A DNA stretch of 63,988 nt, filler included, from Hyphochytrium catenoides (GCA_900088475.1; 5 parts of 5 records of this genome joined end to end with filler, not necessarily neighbours in it), one strand, 5' to 3'. Shown: positions 23,643-37,716, counted from the first letter of the whole stretch. Translations and numbers: made by a program. The notes: a model not told the origin generated them from the letters alone.

Positions 23643-26600
23643 ATGTCGCGAGTATCTACTTTGGAGAAAGCCGTCATCAACCTCAAGGCCCTGAGGGAGG
23701 GTGCCAGGAAGGACTTGCTGGAGATCCTTTCATCCGTAAGTGATCACCATCCTTACTTCCTTTCGTAATGCTCTAAGATGACTTATATCGCATGCAGCAC
23801 TCGAAGACTATCTGCCTTGTGCTGGACCCGAAGATTGCAGCCCCTCTAAACCACATCCTGGTGGATGGACCCAAACAACTGCAAGAGAATGGAGTGACAG
23901 AGATTAAAGAGTTGCGGTGGGGCGGTTTAGAGACAAGTTGTCCTGAGGTTCTCTACGTGGTCAGGCCTAATATCCCAAACATGAGGATTATCCACAGACA
24001 AATAAAGGAGATTGGACAGAAGGTGAGTGACCTTGGAGAGTGTAAGGAACCTGAGCCTAGCCTATCTTCAGGGACTGAAGCCACTCGCGAGGGGGAGGGA
24101 GAAAGGAGAGAAAAAGTTTATAGGAGGGCATGCGCAGTCTGTGTGGAAGATGATAGCCTATCTGAAGATGTTGCTCTTAGGGTGGTCCCAAGCCGAAGTT
24201 CTACCTCTACTGTGTGCCGCGGAAGACGATGATCTGCGAGGAAGTGCTTAAAAATGCTGGGATTATGAATGAGTTGCAAATCAAAGGTCAGGTGGATCGG
24301 TGATGACTTCGCTCACCTGTTTTAGGGCTTCAAGGCCGTCAGAGATCACCATGCTCGCATTTCGCCTAGTCTGACTGCACGAAGGCTAACCTCACTCTTG
24401 CTTAACCACTAGATTATGATTTGGATCTGATTCCCTTTGACGACGACATCTTAACGATGGAGTTGTCGTCCACGTTTAAGGTACGAGGTTTTCCTTCTAG
24501 TATAACATTCCATCCTTCATCTTCCGCGTTAACCTTAACTGCTAAGTCAAGCGGTATTGGGTCATCTTACTTTCGTTGGGTTCCTCGTCAAACATAAGGA
24601 ATGTTACTTGGACGGTGACAAGACCAGTTTGCAATTCGTCGCTCGGTCTATTATGAAGCTACAGTCACTATTTGGTCTCATCCCAAACGTTAAAGTGAAA
24701 GGCAGTTTGTCGAAGGTGAGATATGCGCAAGAGGCAGGGTTCTCGCATTTACGCAGCATGGCGTTGTAGGTTGTGTGGCAGATGGTGCAAAAGATGTCCA
24801 AGGAAATGGATTCCTCGGAGGATAGGTAAGACCCTCCGGCACGTCTATCAGACTGCCTCGCAAGTGGCCTGACTCCACTTCTTCTCTTCACAGCACAGCC
24901 TCTGAGATTGACACTCTAATTATATTGGACAGAAAGGTGCTGACTCGCTGTTCTCGTGACGAAAACATGTGATTCAACTTCTCACCCACATGTGTTACCT
25001 AACATCTCTCAACAGGTGGACCTCATAACCCCGCTCCTCACTCCCTTGACCTACGAGGGTCTGCTGGACACAATGCTAGGCATTGAGAATAGTAAGACAG
25101 CCTTGTGACGGTGGAATCGGCATTTACCTCACTTAGCGTCTTCGCTACAAAAATACTGATACCACCTCTATCAATACAGCTTACGTGAAGGTAGATCCTG
25201 AGGTTGTTGGGGAAGAGGTCCCTTCGGGTCAGGAAAAGAAGAAAGTAACGCTATCGCTCAACTCGAACGATCGCCTTTTCGCTGAGATTAGGGATTTCCA
25301 CCTGAATAAAGTAGGAGGCTTCCTCAATCAAAAGGCTAAAGCTATTCAGGACCAATACCAGGTTGGTTGCACCCATTTTCCTTTCATTGACCTGTGGCGC
25401 ATTCCCTCCAATCCCCTGTCTACTCATCGGTGTCGGCAAACGTCCTGCAGTCTTTGCACATCTGAAACGGCACGGCCAAAGGTGACAGCTAAAAGGTAAC
25501 TTCTGTACAGGGATTTCGCAGTAACAAGGCACAGTCTATAAAGGAGATATCCAACTTCGTCCAGGAGCTCCCTGAGCTAAAACAGCTGTACAAGTCGCTG
25601 CAGACCCACATTCACCTTTTCGAAGCTATCAAGAAGACGACCGATTCAAGAGATTTTAGAGATTTCGCCACCCAAGAGCGCTGTACGGATTCTTATTCAA
25701 CTTCATAACCCAGATCAACTATCTGACGGCTTTTATTGTTTGATTTCTCAACTTTTGCAGCAATCTTAGAAGGGGATCTCTCTGACGATCGCTTGGAAGA
25801 ACGTATGGCTATGCAGGAACCCCTCATGCGAGTGCTCAAGCTGCTTTGCCTCGCGTCTGTCGTTGGAGGCGGCCTGCCTCAGAAGCAGTTCGACAGCTTA
25901 AGAAGAGAGGTTTGTTGTACCAGGCTTAGGTCCTTCATTTGATTTTCTGGGACAGCGCAAAACCCCTCTTCTTAGGTCCAACAAACTTAAAATAGCGCCA
26001 ATCCTCTCTCTTGATTTTCTCGGATAGGGCAAACAGCGCGCTCGAGCCTCATTTTATGTGGACATCTCGTTTTCTTGTTCGTCCTTTTCTACCCTCCTCT
26101 AGACCTAAGACTTTTATTCTGTATGGTGCTACACCTTCGATGTGTACGTCATCTAGCTGGCTAAACCTAAATCTCATTGTTGTCTCTCTCCAACAGTTTT
26201 TGCAAAGCTACGGGTACGAACTTCTCCTCACTTTGAATAATCTGGAGAAGGTTGGTCTGCTGAAGAAGCGGGATGGGACGTGGAAGATAGATTTCGCTGG
26301 CGGCTTTAACGCGCTCAAGAAGTGAGCATCATATTAGGTCTATGCTCTATGGCACCCTGCTGACACCTTACCCGTTCGACAGATCTCTGAGGCTCTTGCA
26401 GCCCAATGTCGATGTATTAGAGCCCTCGGACGTCTCGTATGTTGCGTCTGGGTACGTCCTGACCTTTCTCTGTGTTCCTTCTACTGTTCTCAATGCGCTT
26501 CGATGGAACAGATACGCACCCATTACTGTGCGCCTTGTCGAACTCGCCATGAAGTCAGGCTGGTCATCCGTTGGAGATATAATGCGATTGCTGCCAGGAT

Positions 26601-27050
26601 CCTCTGGAGAGTTCCGGCAAGGGGAGAAGGCTGATGACGATGAAGGTAATGAAAGGAGGGGGGACCTTCGATTCATGGGCTTGGATGAAGAAGACATGTT
26701 CAGCTAAGAACCAATGTCCTAACAGATAGCAAGTCAGGTGCCGCGGATGAGGTTGGCGGACAGGGAGCGATGGATCAAGCCCCCAAGAAGAAGCTAGTGG
26801 TGTTCTTCGTCGGTGGCGTTACTTATATGGAAATTGCGGCCTTGAGGTTCTTATCAAAACAAACGGACGGTATGCCCTCGAGATCCTACTGATAAACCCT
26901 GATGGCGGACGTTCCTCACGGAAATTTCTTTCTACAGCCTTGTATGACATCATCATTGCAACAACAAAGATTATCAATGGAGATGAATTCCTCCAGACAT
27001 TGATTGAGGAGATAGATAATAAGCTCTTGCCAAATGGCAGCAGAGCCTAA
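23643..27050 (+). CDS. VPS33: Vacuolar protein sorting 33 (Sec1/Munc18 family), multi-exon
   Basis: Spliced peptides INLKALRE...[134 protein letters not shown]. Stop at 27048-27050. Confidence 0.93.
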
Positions 27051-28872
27051 CGAATGACTACCCTGTTCGATGTGCTCCGTCCGCTTTAATGAGGCAAAGG
27101 AAAGTGCAGCGTCTCTGTGTGCCTTTGGCCTTGACTTATAGGGCACACTTTTCTTTTCAGAAAGGAGAACCCAAGTTTTTGTCAGTTAGTAGCGTAACAA
27201 GTGTACATGATAACATAAGCCATGGTCCTTGAGGTCAATAGGCTGTAAGCTTTGCTTGGTATCGCCACTATCCCTTGCTAACATGGGACTCCGCACACCT
27301 GTCCGGAGGGAACTCATCGATTGCGTACTTTAACTCATTAGTCTCTCCTAACCCACTACACTGAACAATGACCTGGTAGTACTAGATGCCGTAGCGAAAT
27401 AAGTGGTTCGCCACGGTAAGGGGAAACAAGTGATCGCCAATGTAAGGTGCACGGTAAGGTGGAAAGGATAAACCCTTTCTGATTGGGTTCAGCGCCTAGC
27501 AGGGACCACGTAACATGCCAATAGAGCGGGTGAGCGCAAGGTCCAAATCTCTTCCGTATTCAGCTTTCATTATGCGCCAAGACATGCTGGATTCGCATAA
27601 GGGATTGGGTTGCTGCCATGGGGCCTTCTTGGTAGCGATAGCACGACGCTTGCTCCTGAAAGGCAATCCTCCAATCGTTCTGCTCCAGTATCAGATTGGC
27701 AGCAGAGACGAAATCCTTGTCAGTTCGGCCAATCTTCACCCCCTATCATACACGTCTCCGTAAGATCTGGAGTTGACGTAAGAAGAAGGTGAGCCCTGCC
27801 ATGGGGCCGCATCATATTGAACACCTGGTCCCTTATGCCACTCTCCCTCTTGTATCAAGCCAAGATGCTTCGCACCTCCAATCGTGATCCCAGACTGAAG
27901 ATTGTACTCTTTCTTGGTACTGCAGCCCTCCGGTTACCATTTCTCTTCTTATCATGGATTTCTCATGGGCAAACAAATGGTCGTGAGCTTATACGACAAT
28001 GTTTGAAATTGAACACCTTCCTCCAAGCAACCCAGTCAAACTTGATCAACCTGAAGATGGCTTGTTGAGCTAATAGTCCATGTGACAAGCGGAGCAGGTA
28101 CTGCACCCATTTCAAGGGATATTGGTGTAGACCTCGTAGGTTATTGTCCTCCGCAGCTCCAAGAAGGAACCACGATGCTCAATTATGGTAGCATAAGGTA
28201 TCATCAACATAAAGCACCAAATCTGTCTGATCAACGCAAGTACATATCCTTGGTGCCCCTCTCCTTCAGTGTATGCCACTGGGCTCTGCTTTCCTTTGAC
28301 TTACGCAATGGCTACTTTATGAAGATTCAACCTACCACCGGCGTCTCCGGATAGCCAAGACCTGAAGACCTGACGCTTCCACATTGCTTCATCTCTCATC
28401 TGATGTCCAGGGCAAAACCTTCATCTCAGGGACTGCGGTTTGCAATTGCGCTCAGCTACCAAGTAGCGGGCAATGGCTCTATTGGTAATCACATGTCCTC
28501 AGTCTTCGATAACCCTTCGAGTCTATAAGGATGTTCCTCAAGTAGCACATTTTTCGGTGGGCGGTCAACAGCAAAGGCAACAGCTTTTGCCTAGGAAGTC
28601 CTCACTGCGTTTGCGTCGCGTTGTGACAGGTCGAAGGGCCAATGCGCCGCCACACACTACACAGATTCCGCATTTTGAAGCTTGTATGGATTGTGTTTGG
28701 GAGTTCTCACTCAGATAGAAGCTTTCCGTAAAGCGAGCTCAGACTACAGCGAGCTCAGGGCAAGCTCTGAAAGCTCTGCAGCTACATTGTTCTGGATTTC
28801 CATCTGAGAATCCACTTTTTTAGGAGGAGCTGCCCGGTGCCTTGAACGCAGCTGAAAGGGTCAACCACCGTT

Positions 28873-30490
28873 ATGGAGGGGGGACATTACGGACAAGGTG
28901 GGCCAGAGGGTCCTCCCCCATCGGGCGACCAGTACAACGGAAACCGAGGATATGGTGGTGGCGAGGATCGCTACGGTGGCGGCAGCGGAGGAGGTGGAGA
29001 TCGTTATGGTGGGGGTGGTGATCGTTATGGGGGAGGAGGTGGCCGCTATGGTGGTGGTGACCGCTACGATAGAGGCAGTGGCCGTCACGACAGAGGAGGG
29101 GGAGATCGATATGGCGGCGGTGGTGGTGACCGGTATGGAGGCGGAGATCGCTATGGAGGAGGGGATCGCTATGGCGGAGGAGATCGCTACGGCGGCAGAG
29201 GAGACCGTCATGGCGGAGGCGACAGATATGGCGGGGGTGATCGCTTCGGCGGGCGTCGTGGCCAGGGTGGTGGAGGTGGAAGACGGGGAAGGCAACAGGA
29301 AGAGGCGGGTGGCGGTGCCGATCATCTTGCACGAATTCATGGTACTGAAGAAGATAGGTAAGGGTTTCCCCTGAGTCATGGTACAGCAGTAGACCGGATT
29401 TTGACTTTTTCGTCTGCTCCAGGGTCAATTGTCCCTTCTACTTTAAGATTGGCGCCTGCAGGCACGGCGACCGCTGCTCGCGGCTGCATAATAAGCCGTT
29501 GTTTAGTCAGACAGTACTTATCCTACACATGTACCAGAACCCAGGCTCTCAGATCGTGGCCCAAGGCGGGGATCCGTCAGTTCTGATTGGGGACAAAAAG
29601 GTTGAAGAAGATGTAAGTACCTTTGTAGCGTGACAACTAGGCACATTGCTCTGACGATGAGGGACAACCTGCAGTTTATCGACTTCTACGAGGAAGTATT
29701 TGAAGAGCTGAGCACGTATGGTACTGTTGAGGAACTCAACGTCTGCGATAACCTAGGGGACCATATGGTTGGTAAGTGACAAGTTGAGTGTCTCGATCAA
29801 AATGACGGAGGTCTAGGAGAACGCCTATTAATGGCTGTTTTTATGAAGGCAACGTGTATGTCAAGTTTTCGGATGAGGAAGAGGCTGCAGCAGCTGTCAA
29901 GGCCCTGTATGGTCGCTTTTATGCCCAGAGACCTCTGGTGTGCGAGTTCTCTCCTGTTACCGACTTTCGGGAGGCAAGGTCTGGAACTGTTGTATGTGGC
30001 TTCGTGGTTGTTTCCAGGTAATCACATTTTGGTGCGATACAGGTGCAGGCAATTCGATGAAGGCACTTGTACTCGAGGAGGGTATTGCAACTTTATGCAC
30101 ATCAAGAAGGTGCCGAAGGATGTGCAAAAGGAGCTTGAGAGAAGAACAAAGAAGTCTAGTAAGGCCCGAAGTAGGAGCAGAAGCCGATCTAGATCTGGCG
30201 ATCGCGACAGGTACCGCCACTCTCAGCGCCGCTTTTTTTAAACTGAGTTATCGCTAACTGTTGTTGACAGACGTCGTAAGTCTCGAAGCAGATCAAGAGA
30301 CCGTCGTCGTTCTGATAAAAAGCGAGACCGTAGCCGAAGTAGAGACCGGCGTCGTAGCCGGAGCCGAAGCAAGGACAGACGACGTGATGAGAAAAGGAGT
30401 GATAAGACCAACATTGAAGAAGAAGCAAGGCCAGAAGGCCAGCAACAGCAGCCCACCGAACCCCACTCTGCGCAGCCAACTGGTGCATAG
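28873..30490 (+). CDS. U2AF1: Splicing factor U2AF small subunit (U2AF35) with N-terminal GGGDRY-repeat extension; 6 exons
   Basis: [14 protein letters not shown]|[25 protein letters not shown] (ZnF1); [13 protein letters not shown]...[18 protein letters not shown] (UHM); [30 protein letters not shown] (ZnF2); then an RS domain. TAG at 30488-30490. Confidence 0.95.
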
Positions 30491-31117
30491 GGAGTTAAGG
30501 ACAAATCTTACAAGGCACGAGTAGTAATGGCGATAGATGATCTCTATAGGTAGCTTGTACTGTCGGGGATATGATATCTCGTGCACAGCAAGACCAATCT
30601 GGAAAAGAGGAACACAAGAGTTGAAAGGATATGTGAGTGCGCAACTTATTTGACCGTTTAGCAGCTTTAATAAACAATAGTGGTGGAAAAGACAATATTT
30701 CACATTGCCTAGCAAAATCTCTGAGTCAAGTAGAGGGAAATTTGTAGGTACCACCAACCCTCCCTATTCCGCTTCTGCTCTGGTCTGAAGGGCTCTCGAT
30801 AAGAACTCCCCTTAGATACGTTACTGGGGGTTTCCGCAAAGAGTGGTGGACCTTAGAGTGGTGGACCTTGCAGCAGCTTTCAGAGAGGCAGTAGCCTATG
30901 TAGTTCGCAAGTTATGGCCTACAGAAGGAGGCCAGGTCATGGTCTCCGATACACAAAAACACCACAGTGGTCATGCCTTTTCCCTAAGATAATGTTAGCG
31001 TTAGTAGGTTTACTGGGTCAGCTTTCATTTGCAGGAAGACACAACCAACGATCTTCTGCAGAATCTCTTCTGCTGCTGCTGCTATTATCGAGCTTCGCAT
31101 ATCCGCATAGCTCGCGC

Positions 31118-31217
31118 NNNNNNNNNNNNNNNNNNNNNNNNNNNNNNNNNNNNNNNNNNNNTTAATTAATTAANNNNNNNNNNNNNNNNNNNNNNNNNNN
31201 NNNNNNNNNNNNNNNNN
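31118..31217. other. Artificial scaffold spacer N44-TTAATTAATTAA-N44
   Basis: Identical 100-nt construct appears four times; the 12-mer places stops in all six frames. Confidence 0.95.
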
Positions 31218-34200
31218 AGCCCTGATTGTGGCGAGGGTGGGAGACTGAGAATGGCTTGAGATAAAGAGAAGCAGCAGCAATGAGATAGGGAAGGTGACAG
31301 AAGAAGGGAAACAGCGCTGCTAAAGATGATGTGCTACTGAGATGGGTGGAAGCATCATCCACTCTTTTGTGGACGACTGTGCAGGCAGCAGGAGGAAGAG
31401 TATCAAACAGCGGGGACAGGAAAGAAAGACAGAGAAAGAAAGAGCAAAGCGAGGGAGCGCAGTTGTATCTTAAACTAGGGTGTGAGAGAGATCAAGAATG
31501 AGTGAGGGAGAGAGAGAATAGGAGAGCGCAAAGGAAAAGGAGATGAGTGAGAGCAGTGATGAAGGAGCGAGGAAGGAAGAAAGAGAAGAAAGAGAGAGGG
31601 AGTAGTAGAGAGTGAGAACAAAGTGGTGATGGGAGGCGAGAGAAGTGATCTAGCCTGATAACATTCCTTAAGGATAGTTCCCCTTCGCGCCCCGCCCTCG
31701 TTCAACAGGGCAACCACCGTCATCAGCTGCTGCTTCTCCTCTCTACCTCGCCGGCGGGCGGGCGGGTTGAGGGACGGACNNNNNNNNNNNNNNNNNNNNN
31801 NNNNNNNNNNNCCTCCTAATAATATGACTTCGGCCTGCTCCGGGCGGTGGACTGGAGACCCTGTTCTGTCTGTCACTCTGTCTCGCTTCACCATGGTGCT
31901 TGTCCCTGTCAGTGGTCTCACTTCTTTTTGCTGTGGGTTCTCCCTCTTCTGTCTGCTGTCTCTTCTTCTCTCTCTTCTCCGTCGTCACGTCAGCTCTTTT
32001 TTTTTTCTCTCCCTCTCTCTCTCTCTCTTTCTTTTTCTCTCTCACTTTCTGTCTGTCGGTCTGTCTCTCTCCCTCTCTCTTATCATTCTCACCATATCTG
32101 TTATCTTCTTCTCTCCCTGTCTTTTTCTCTCTCTCTTCCTGTGGCGGCTGTCAGTCTCTCTCTCTCTCAATTCTTCTCTCTCTTGCCATTGGATGTTGAT
32201 GACGGAGGATGACGAGAGAAATTTCTCTATTATCTTCACTGAGTCCTGCTGTCTTCTTCTGGCAAAAAGAGAGAAATAGTTGAGCCGCCGCAGCTTCCTC
32301 TTCTCTCCTTTCTCACGACGGCGCATCCGCTTTATCGTACCTAGCCTTTCCTCTCATACTTGCTGGTCGTTAGTTCCTTCCTGCGCAGACAGACTTCCTC
32401 CTGCATGCGGATAACACATATTCCTGCCGACGGTGAAATTGCGCCGTCTCTTCTCTCTCTCGTTCACTGTCTTTCTGTGTGGTTTCTCTCTCTCTCTCTC
32501 TCTTTCTATCCTTACCACCAAGAGACGTAAGAGCTGGAAAGTGAAAGCTGCTGGGGAGAGGAGGAAGAAGACGACAAGAAGAGAGATATCGTAGCACCAT
32601 CCTCGGTAGGCAGAACGTGCGGGGAACTTAGACGGATCTCATCCAAAACTATCTAGATAATAAAGCGGCGGGGCGCGGATGATGGGGATTGAAGGGAAGA
32701 GTGAGAGAGGAAGCGAGCGGGAGAGAGAGGTAAGAGGAAAGAAAGAAAGAAGGAACAGGAGGGAGTGAGACAGAACAGCGAGAGAGAGAGAGAGATGATG
32801 ATCAAGATGCCTACTAATATTTCTAATAGAAGATGGAGACGCTGTCGCCGAAGCGCAGGCTTCTGTTACTAGCGCAGGCTTCTGTTACTATCGCAGGCAG
32901 GAAGAATTTGACGACGGTAGAAGAAGGAGGAGGAAAGATCCAGTTGATGCCCTCTCGAACATTTCTCTCTCTCTCTCTCTTAGGATCTCTTCTCTTTCTT
33001 CTTTTTCATTCTTTCCTCTGCCATTAGCAGATCAAGGTCTTCCTTCGGGCTGATGACGCAGCTTCTTCATGCAAAAGAAAATTGGGACAAGGAGAACAAA
33101 GAACGACCAGATGATGATGCTACAGGAAGGTACTTCCCAGGGTTGATAAGAAGGACAAAAGAGCGAAGAACAGCAGGAACAAAGGACTTTGTCGTTCCGC
33201 CGTGGTCCCATCACTAGACGCGTGCCCGTCTCATCTAAGATATCCTCCTACCGCTAAAGAGCGAAGAGAGAGAGAGAGAGAGAGAGGACAGAGAGAGAGA
33301 GAAAGAAAGAGAAAGAGGTGAGAAGGAGAAAGAGACAGATTATTGCAAAGTGGTGATAGAAAAGGGCTCTGTGGTGCTTCATGACTACGAGTACCTGAGA
33401 CGGAACGACAAAGATAGAAGAAGAGAGACCAGACGCCACTTATCAGAGAGAAGGCAAAAGAAGAGAGAAGGGCAGGAAGAGGAAAAGAGAGAGAGGAACG
33501 GAGGATGAGCAGATACTATAGGAAAAAGTGTCCAGAGATGAGGAGGAACATGGAGGCAGCAAGCCGAGAGTGAAGACAGCAGTGGTGTCAGCAGTAGGCA
33601 CTAGCAGCTAGCAGTAGGGAGAGACATGGTAGCTGGCCCCTTGAAGAAGCCTGAGGCAACACTTCTGTTGGTCCTTTTCTCCCTTCAGCCTGATTGATGA
33701 CTGCTCTGTAGACGCTGCTCCTGCCTTCCTCTTCCTTCGGCGTCGTAGAGGTTCTCCTACTCCGAATAACACTTCCAGGGCAACAAGCAAAGGACCTGGC
33801 ATTTGGCCCAGGTTCCCTGCTTGTCCGACCACTGAATTAACGAAGAGCCTGGCCGTGGGCTGACAGAGTCTTTATTCTCTCTCTTCCGCTATTATCTACC
33901 ATTGTTTGCTCGCCCTGCTGGCCGTTGGGCAGCTTAGGCTGGACTGGTTTGACGGCAGGACCTTTGTCCTTTCTTGTCTGCTGTTCTCCTGGCCGCCTCT
34001 TGGCCGGCCACAATAGTGAGGGACCATGCAGCAAGGGAACTGACCAATGAAGGAAGTCTCTCTCCTTGGATTGTTCTTCCTCTTTATCTCTCTCAGCGCT
34101 TCTCTCAGCAGTGTCTTCCCTCGCTTTCTCTCTCTCCTCCTTTTTATTCTTTCTCTCACTCCTCGCTGATGTTCCTTCTTCTCTGCCTCTCTATCGTCTG

Positions 34201-36602
34201 CTCACTCTTCTAGATCATATGTAAGGGACTTGGCTCTTGTTCTTGACCTTGCTTCTTGATCCTGGATCAATGATCGCACCAATAAATTATACTCCGGAGT
34301 GGCAATCGGCCCCAACATTGTTGGACACATCTATCCTCCCGCCAACTCAGCCTCATAAAAGATAGCATTGCCGCCGCAGAGACAGAGGGAGAGAACCCGA
34401 CTAGAGAAAGAGAGAGCGTTGATAGGCAGCTAGCAGCGTCCTCCTCATAGATCAAAGATATCTCTTGAAAGATCGAGAGAGGAGAACAGAAGAAGACGCA
34501 CAGCGGAGCACGAGGTGCGGGAAAAGGGCGTGTGTCAAGCAGCAACCTATGGAACGTGCCCCACCCTTCCGGCAGTCAGCGGAGAGAGAAGGCAGCAATC
34601 CAGCAGGCGAAGCTCCCACGACCTGAAAGAAACCTCAAGAAACCTTTAGATGGCAGTCAGCCGGCAGCCACAGCGATTGTGCCGACAGGGGACATCTTTG
34701 CTCTTTCTGCGCCATCTCCTTGAGCTCTTCTTGCCCCTTGTCAGGTGTTAGTCGCTTGTCCTACCTCTTCACGAATTTTCTCCGTTTTCTTCTCTCTTTT
34801 TCTCTCTTCAAATCTTATTATTATCTCTCTCTCTCTCTCTCTCCCCAACATGTTAGCTGCCGCCATCCGCCTCATTCAATCATTAACATTCATGGCTCTA
34901 TCGAAGAACCTTCTGTGGCTGTCAGTCAGCTGTTCTTCACGTCTTGGCTTGTCTCTGAGGGAAGAAGCTTCTTCCTCCTTCGAAAGGATCGTTCAGGCAA
35001 TGCAAAAGCCAGCTCTTGCGCTCTAGCCCATTGCTCCTGAGCCTGCCAGTCCTCGTGCGGAGCAGCAGGCAGGCTGTGGAGGGTGGACAAAGACTTTCTG
35101 TTCATCATTTTCCTCTGGTCTGTCTGGCCTTGTTCTTCTATCTCTTCTGCCCTCAGGTTTGTTCTCATCACCATCTTCCAACGCGAGCTTGACAGGATCC
35201 TATCTATCCAGGATGGTCGTCAGCGAGAGGGAAATCCTCTTGCGCTTCTCCCGCCTGATCTTGTTCAAGGAAATCTTCTTCCAAGCGGAGACAATGGTGC
35301 GGTCGTTTGACGAGCTGCCCAAGCTTAGGAGGAGAGAGGCTGCGGCTCCACAATGCAGTGCCCGGATTGAGGTGCATACGCTACCTGGTGCCGTTGTTGA
35401 TCTTTGATAAAGGCCTTTAGCTCAAGCCAACATAAGTCTTGCTTTGTAGATCGCTTTGGAAGGGGAGAGNNNNNNNNNNNNNNNNNNNNNNNNNNNNNNN
35501 NNNNNNNNNNNNNNNNNNNNNNNNNNNNNNNNNNNNNNNNAGAGAGAGCCAATTGCTGTTAGTGAAGACCGAAGATTCTGTATCGTTCGCAACATTACTA
35601 GAACTTGTCCTGTCCTTCTCCCTATCTCTTTCTTCTCTCTTTTTCCTCTCTGTCTGTGTAGCTTACCCTAACAAGACTATCTCATCTTTCCTCTCGTGCT
35701 CTCTCTGTCTCAATCTCTGTCTCATTATCGACTCTCCTTTGTTTGAAAAATGACCATTTGACTTCATGTGGCCAAAAAACTGGCCGCTGATTGGCTAAAT
35801 GATTTAGACCGGCCAATCAGAGGCCACCAGGAATCATTTACGCTTCAAAAGCAGGCCTTGTCAGATATACAGAAGCAGTACCAGGAAATAGGTTTTGCCT
35901 AAACGGTCATTCAATTTGATAGAGCACACGACCAGGAGTTCAAGAACATAGGACGAGATGCCTAAATGTTGCAAGGGAACCAACCGGCACATATTACTAT
36001 CTCCCTGTCAGGTATACAGTTAGGAGTTAAGATGTACGGGTGGTACTACCACGGCGCAGCATGTGAAGGTACAAACTGTAGGGGTGCGCACCTTCATCAG
36101 CTGAGCAATGGCAGCGGCGGCGTATCTTTAGGTAAAGTGAGCTCATTAGAAAAGCAGCAGCCGTATATAGTCGGACAACTATTAGGTACAATCTTAGCGT
36201 TCCAAGGTTCGCTCAGATTGTGGGGGAGAACAGTGAAGATCTTAGTCCTAGGAACCCATCAACAAACCAACAGCCACATATCTCATCACATCTCTCCTCC
36301 TGCTTGTGCTACCTCCCCACATCTTTCTTTATCTTTACTATTGTATCCGTGGGATCTGTCTCAAACTATGTTGATCTGTCTCTCTCTGTCTATGTCGCTT
36401 GTAGGGTTCCTTGCTAGGTAGAAAAGATTGTCTCTTCTTGGCAGACCATCAATCATCCGCAATGTCCGTCCTTGAGAGGGCCGCGCCCAGGCAATCTAGC
36501 GCTTCAATGGCCTCAGTCTCTCTCCTAATAAATATATAGCAATAACACGACGGGGGCGCGCAGACCAGCAAGAGAGAAGGACAAAAGGGCTTCGCATGTA
36601 AC

Positions 36603-36671
<69 letters not shown>

Positions 36672-37682
36672 TCCCTCTTTCTCATTGACGTGTTCTTTTT
36701 GTGTCTCGCTTCCCACATTTGCCTCTCTGCTTCCTTTCCATTAGGGCTGTGCTGCCGTCTGTCATCAATCATTCGATGACGCACTCATCATGTGCTCTCT
36801 CTCTCTCTCTCTCTCTCTCTCGGTCTCTGTCAATCTCTCTCTCTCTCTTGAAATCTCTCTCCATTTGCCTCAAATGTCTCCAGCTGGCCCTCCGTGCTCC
36901 CATAAGGCTTGTTCCGTTCCCAGGTGCAGGCAGATGGTGGGTAGGAAGCTTTGATATGTGGTGCTCTCTCTCTCTCTCTCTCTGCGTCAGCTGCTTGTCC
37001 TTGGGAGAACAGAACTGCAGATATCATCGTGCCTTTGTCCCCTGACTTAGTTTGACCTTTGGAACAGGTCTCTCTCTCTCTCTTGTTTCCTCTCTTTTCT
37101 CACTACTCTTCGTCTTCACCTATCTTCAAACGTCGTCGGCTGCGAGTGGATTGTCTTGGCTACCACAATCGAAGGCACAAACAACCCAGCAGTAGAGCCA
37201 GAATCTAGAGCTCTCTTCCTCTCTTTCTCTCTTTCTCTTTCTCTCTTTTTCTCTCTCTCTCTTCCTTCTCTCTCTCGCTGGCCTTTGTCACAGGATTCAC
37301 AAGGACTTGGCAGTACTCTTTCTTTCCCTCTGTTTCCTTCCGTTCTGCCCACAGACGGACAATAAAGCGCAGTTTCCTTATCTCTTTGGCCTCTATATAA
37401 TTATCTAACTCTCCTAACTCTGTTAATTGTCCATCTCTCTCTCAGTCTGTCTCCGCCTTATGTGAAGACCTCTTTTCTCTCTTCTCTCCTCAATGTTCCC
37501 ACTGGCTCTTTTCTCTCCTCTTCTCTCTCTCTCTCTCTCTCTCTTCATCTTGGCCTTCCCCTCATTATCCAACAGGGCGGACCGATCCACAAGACGAACA
37601 TTCTAAGGGCCAGGAACGCGAGGCCGGGGACAAGAGAGAGAGAGGGAAGAGAGAGAGAGAGAGAGAGAGAGGAAGAGGAGAG

Positions 37683-37716
<34 letters not shown>

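Noticed and set aside
28861-29428. Overlapping antisense and alternate-frame ORFs (172 aa, 185 aa, 158 aa) over the U2AF1 repeats
   Set aside because: Shadows of the Gly-rich repeat. Only the 28873 frame splices into the conserved U2AF35 domain.
31162-31173. TTAATTAATTAA as a biological motif (piggyBac TTAA site or homeobox site)
   Set aside because: Always centred between two 44-N runs, so it is an assembly linker.
30840-32895. Short tandem duplications (agagtggtggacctt x2 at 30840; gcgcaggcttctgttacta x2 at ~32853)
   Set aside because: Simple local slippage duplications with no further structure.
33000-36450. Candidate genes in the higher-complexity patches, including ORF 35966-36421
   Set aside because: No recognisable motifs or consistent exon chain could be built by eye.
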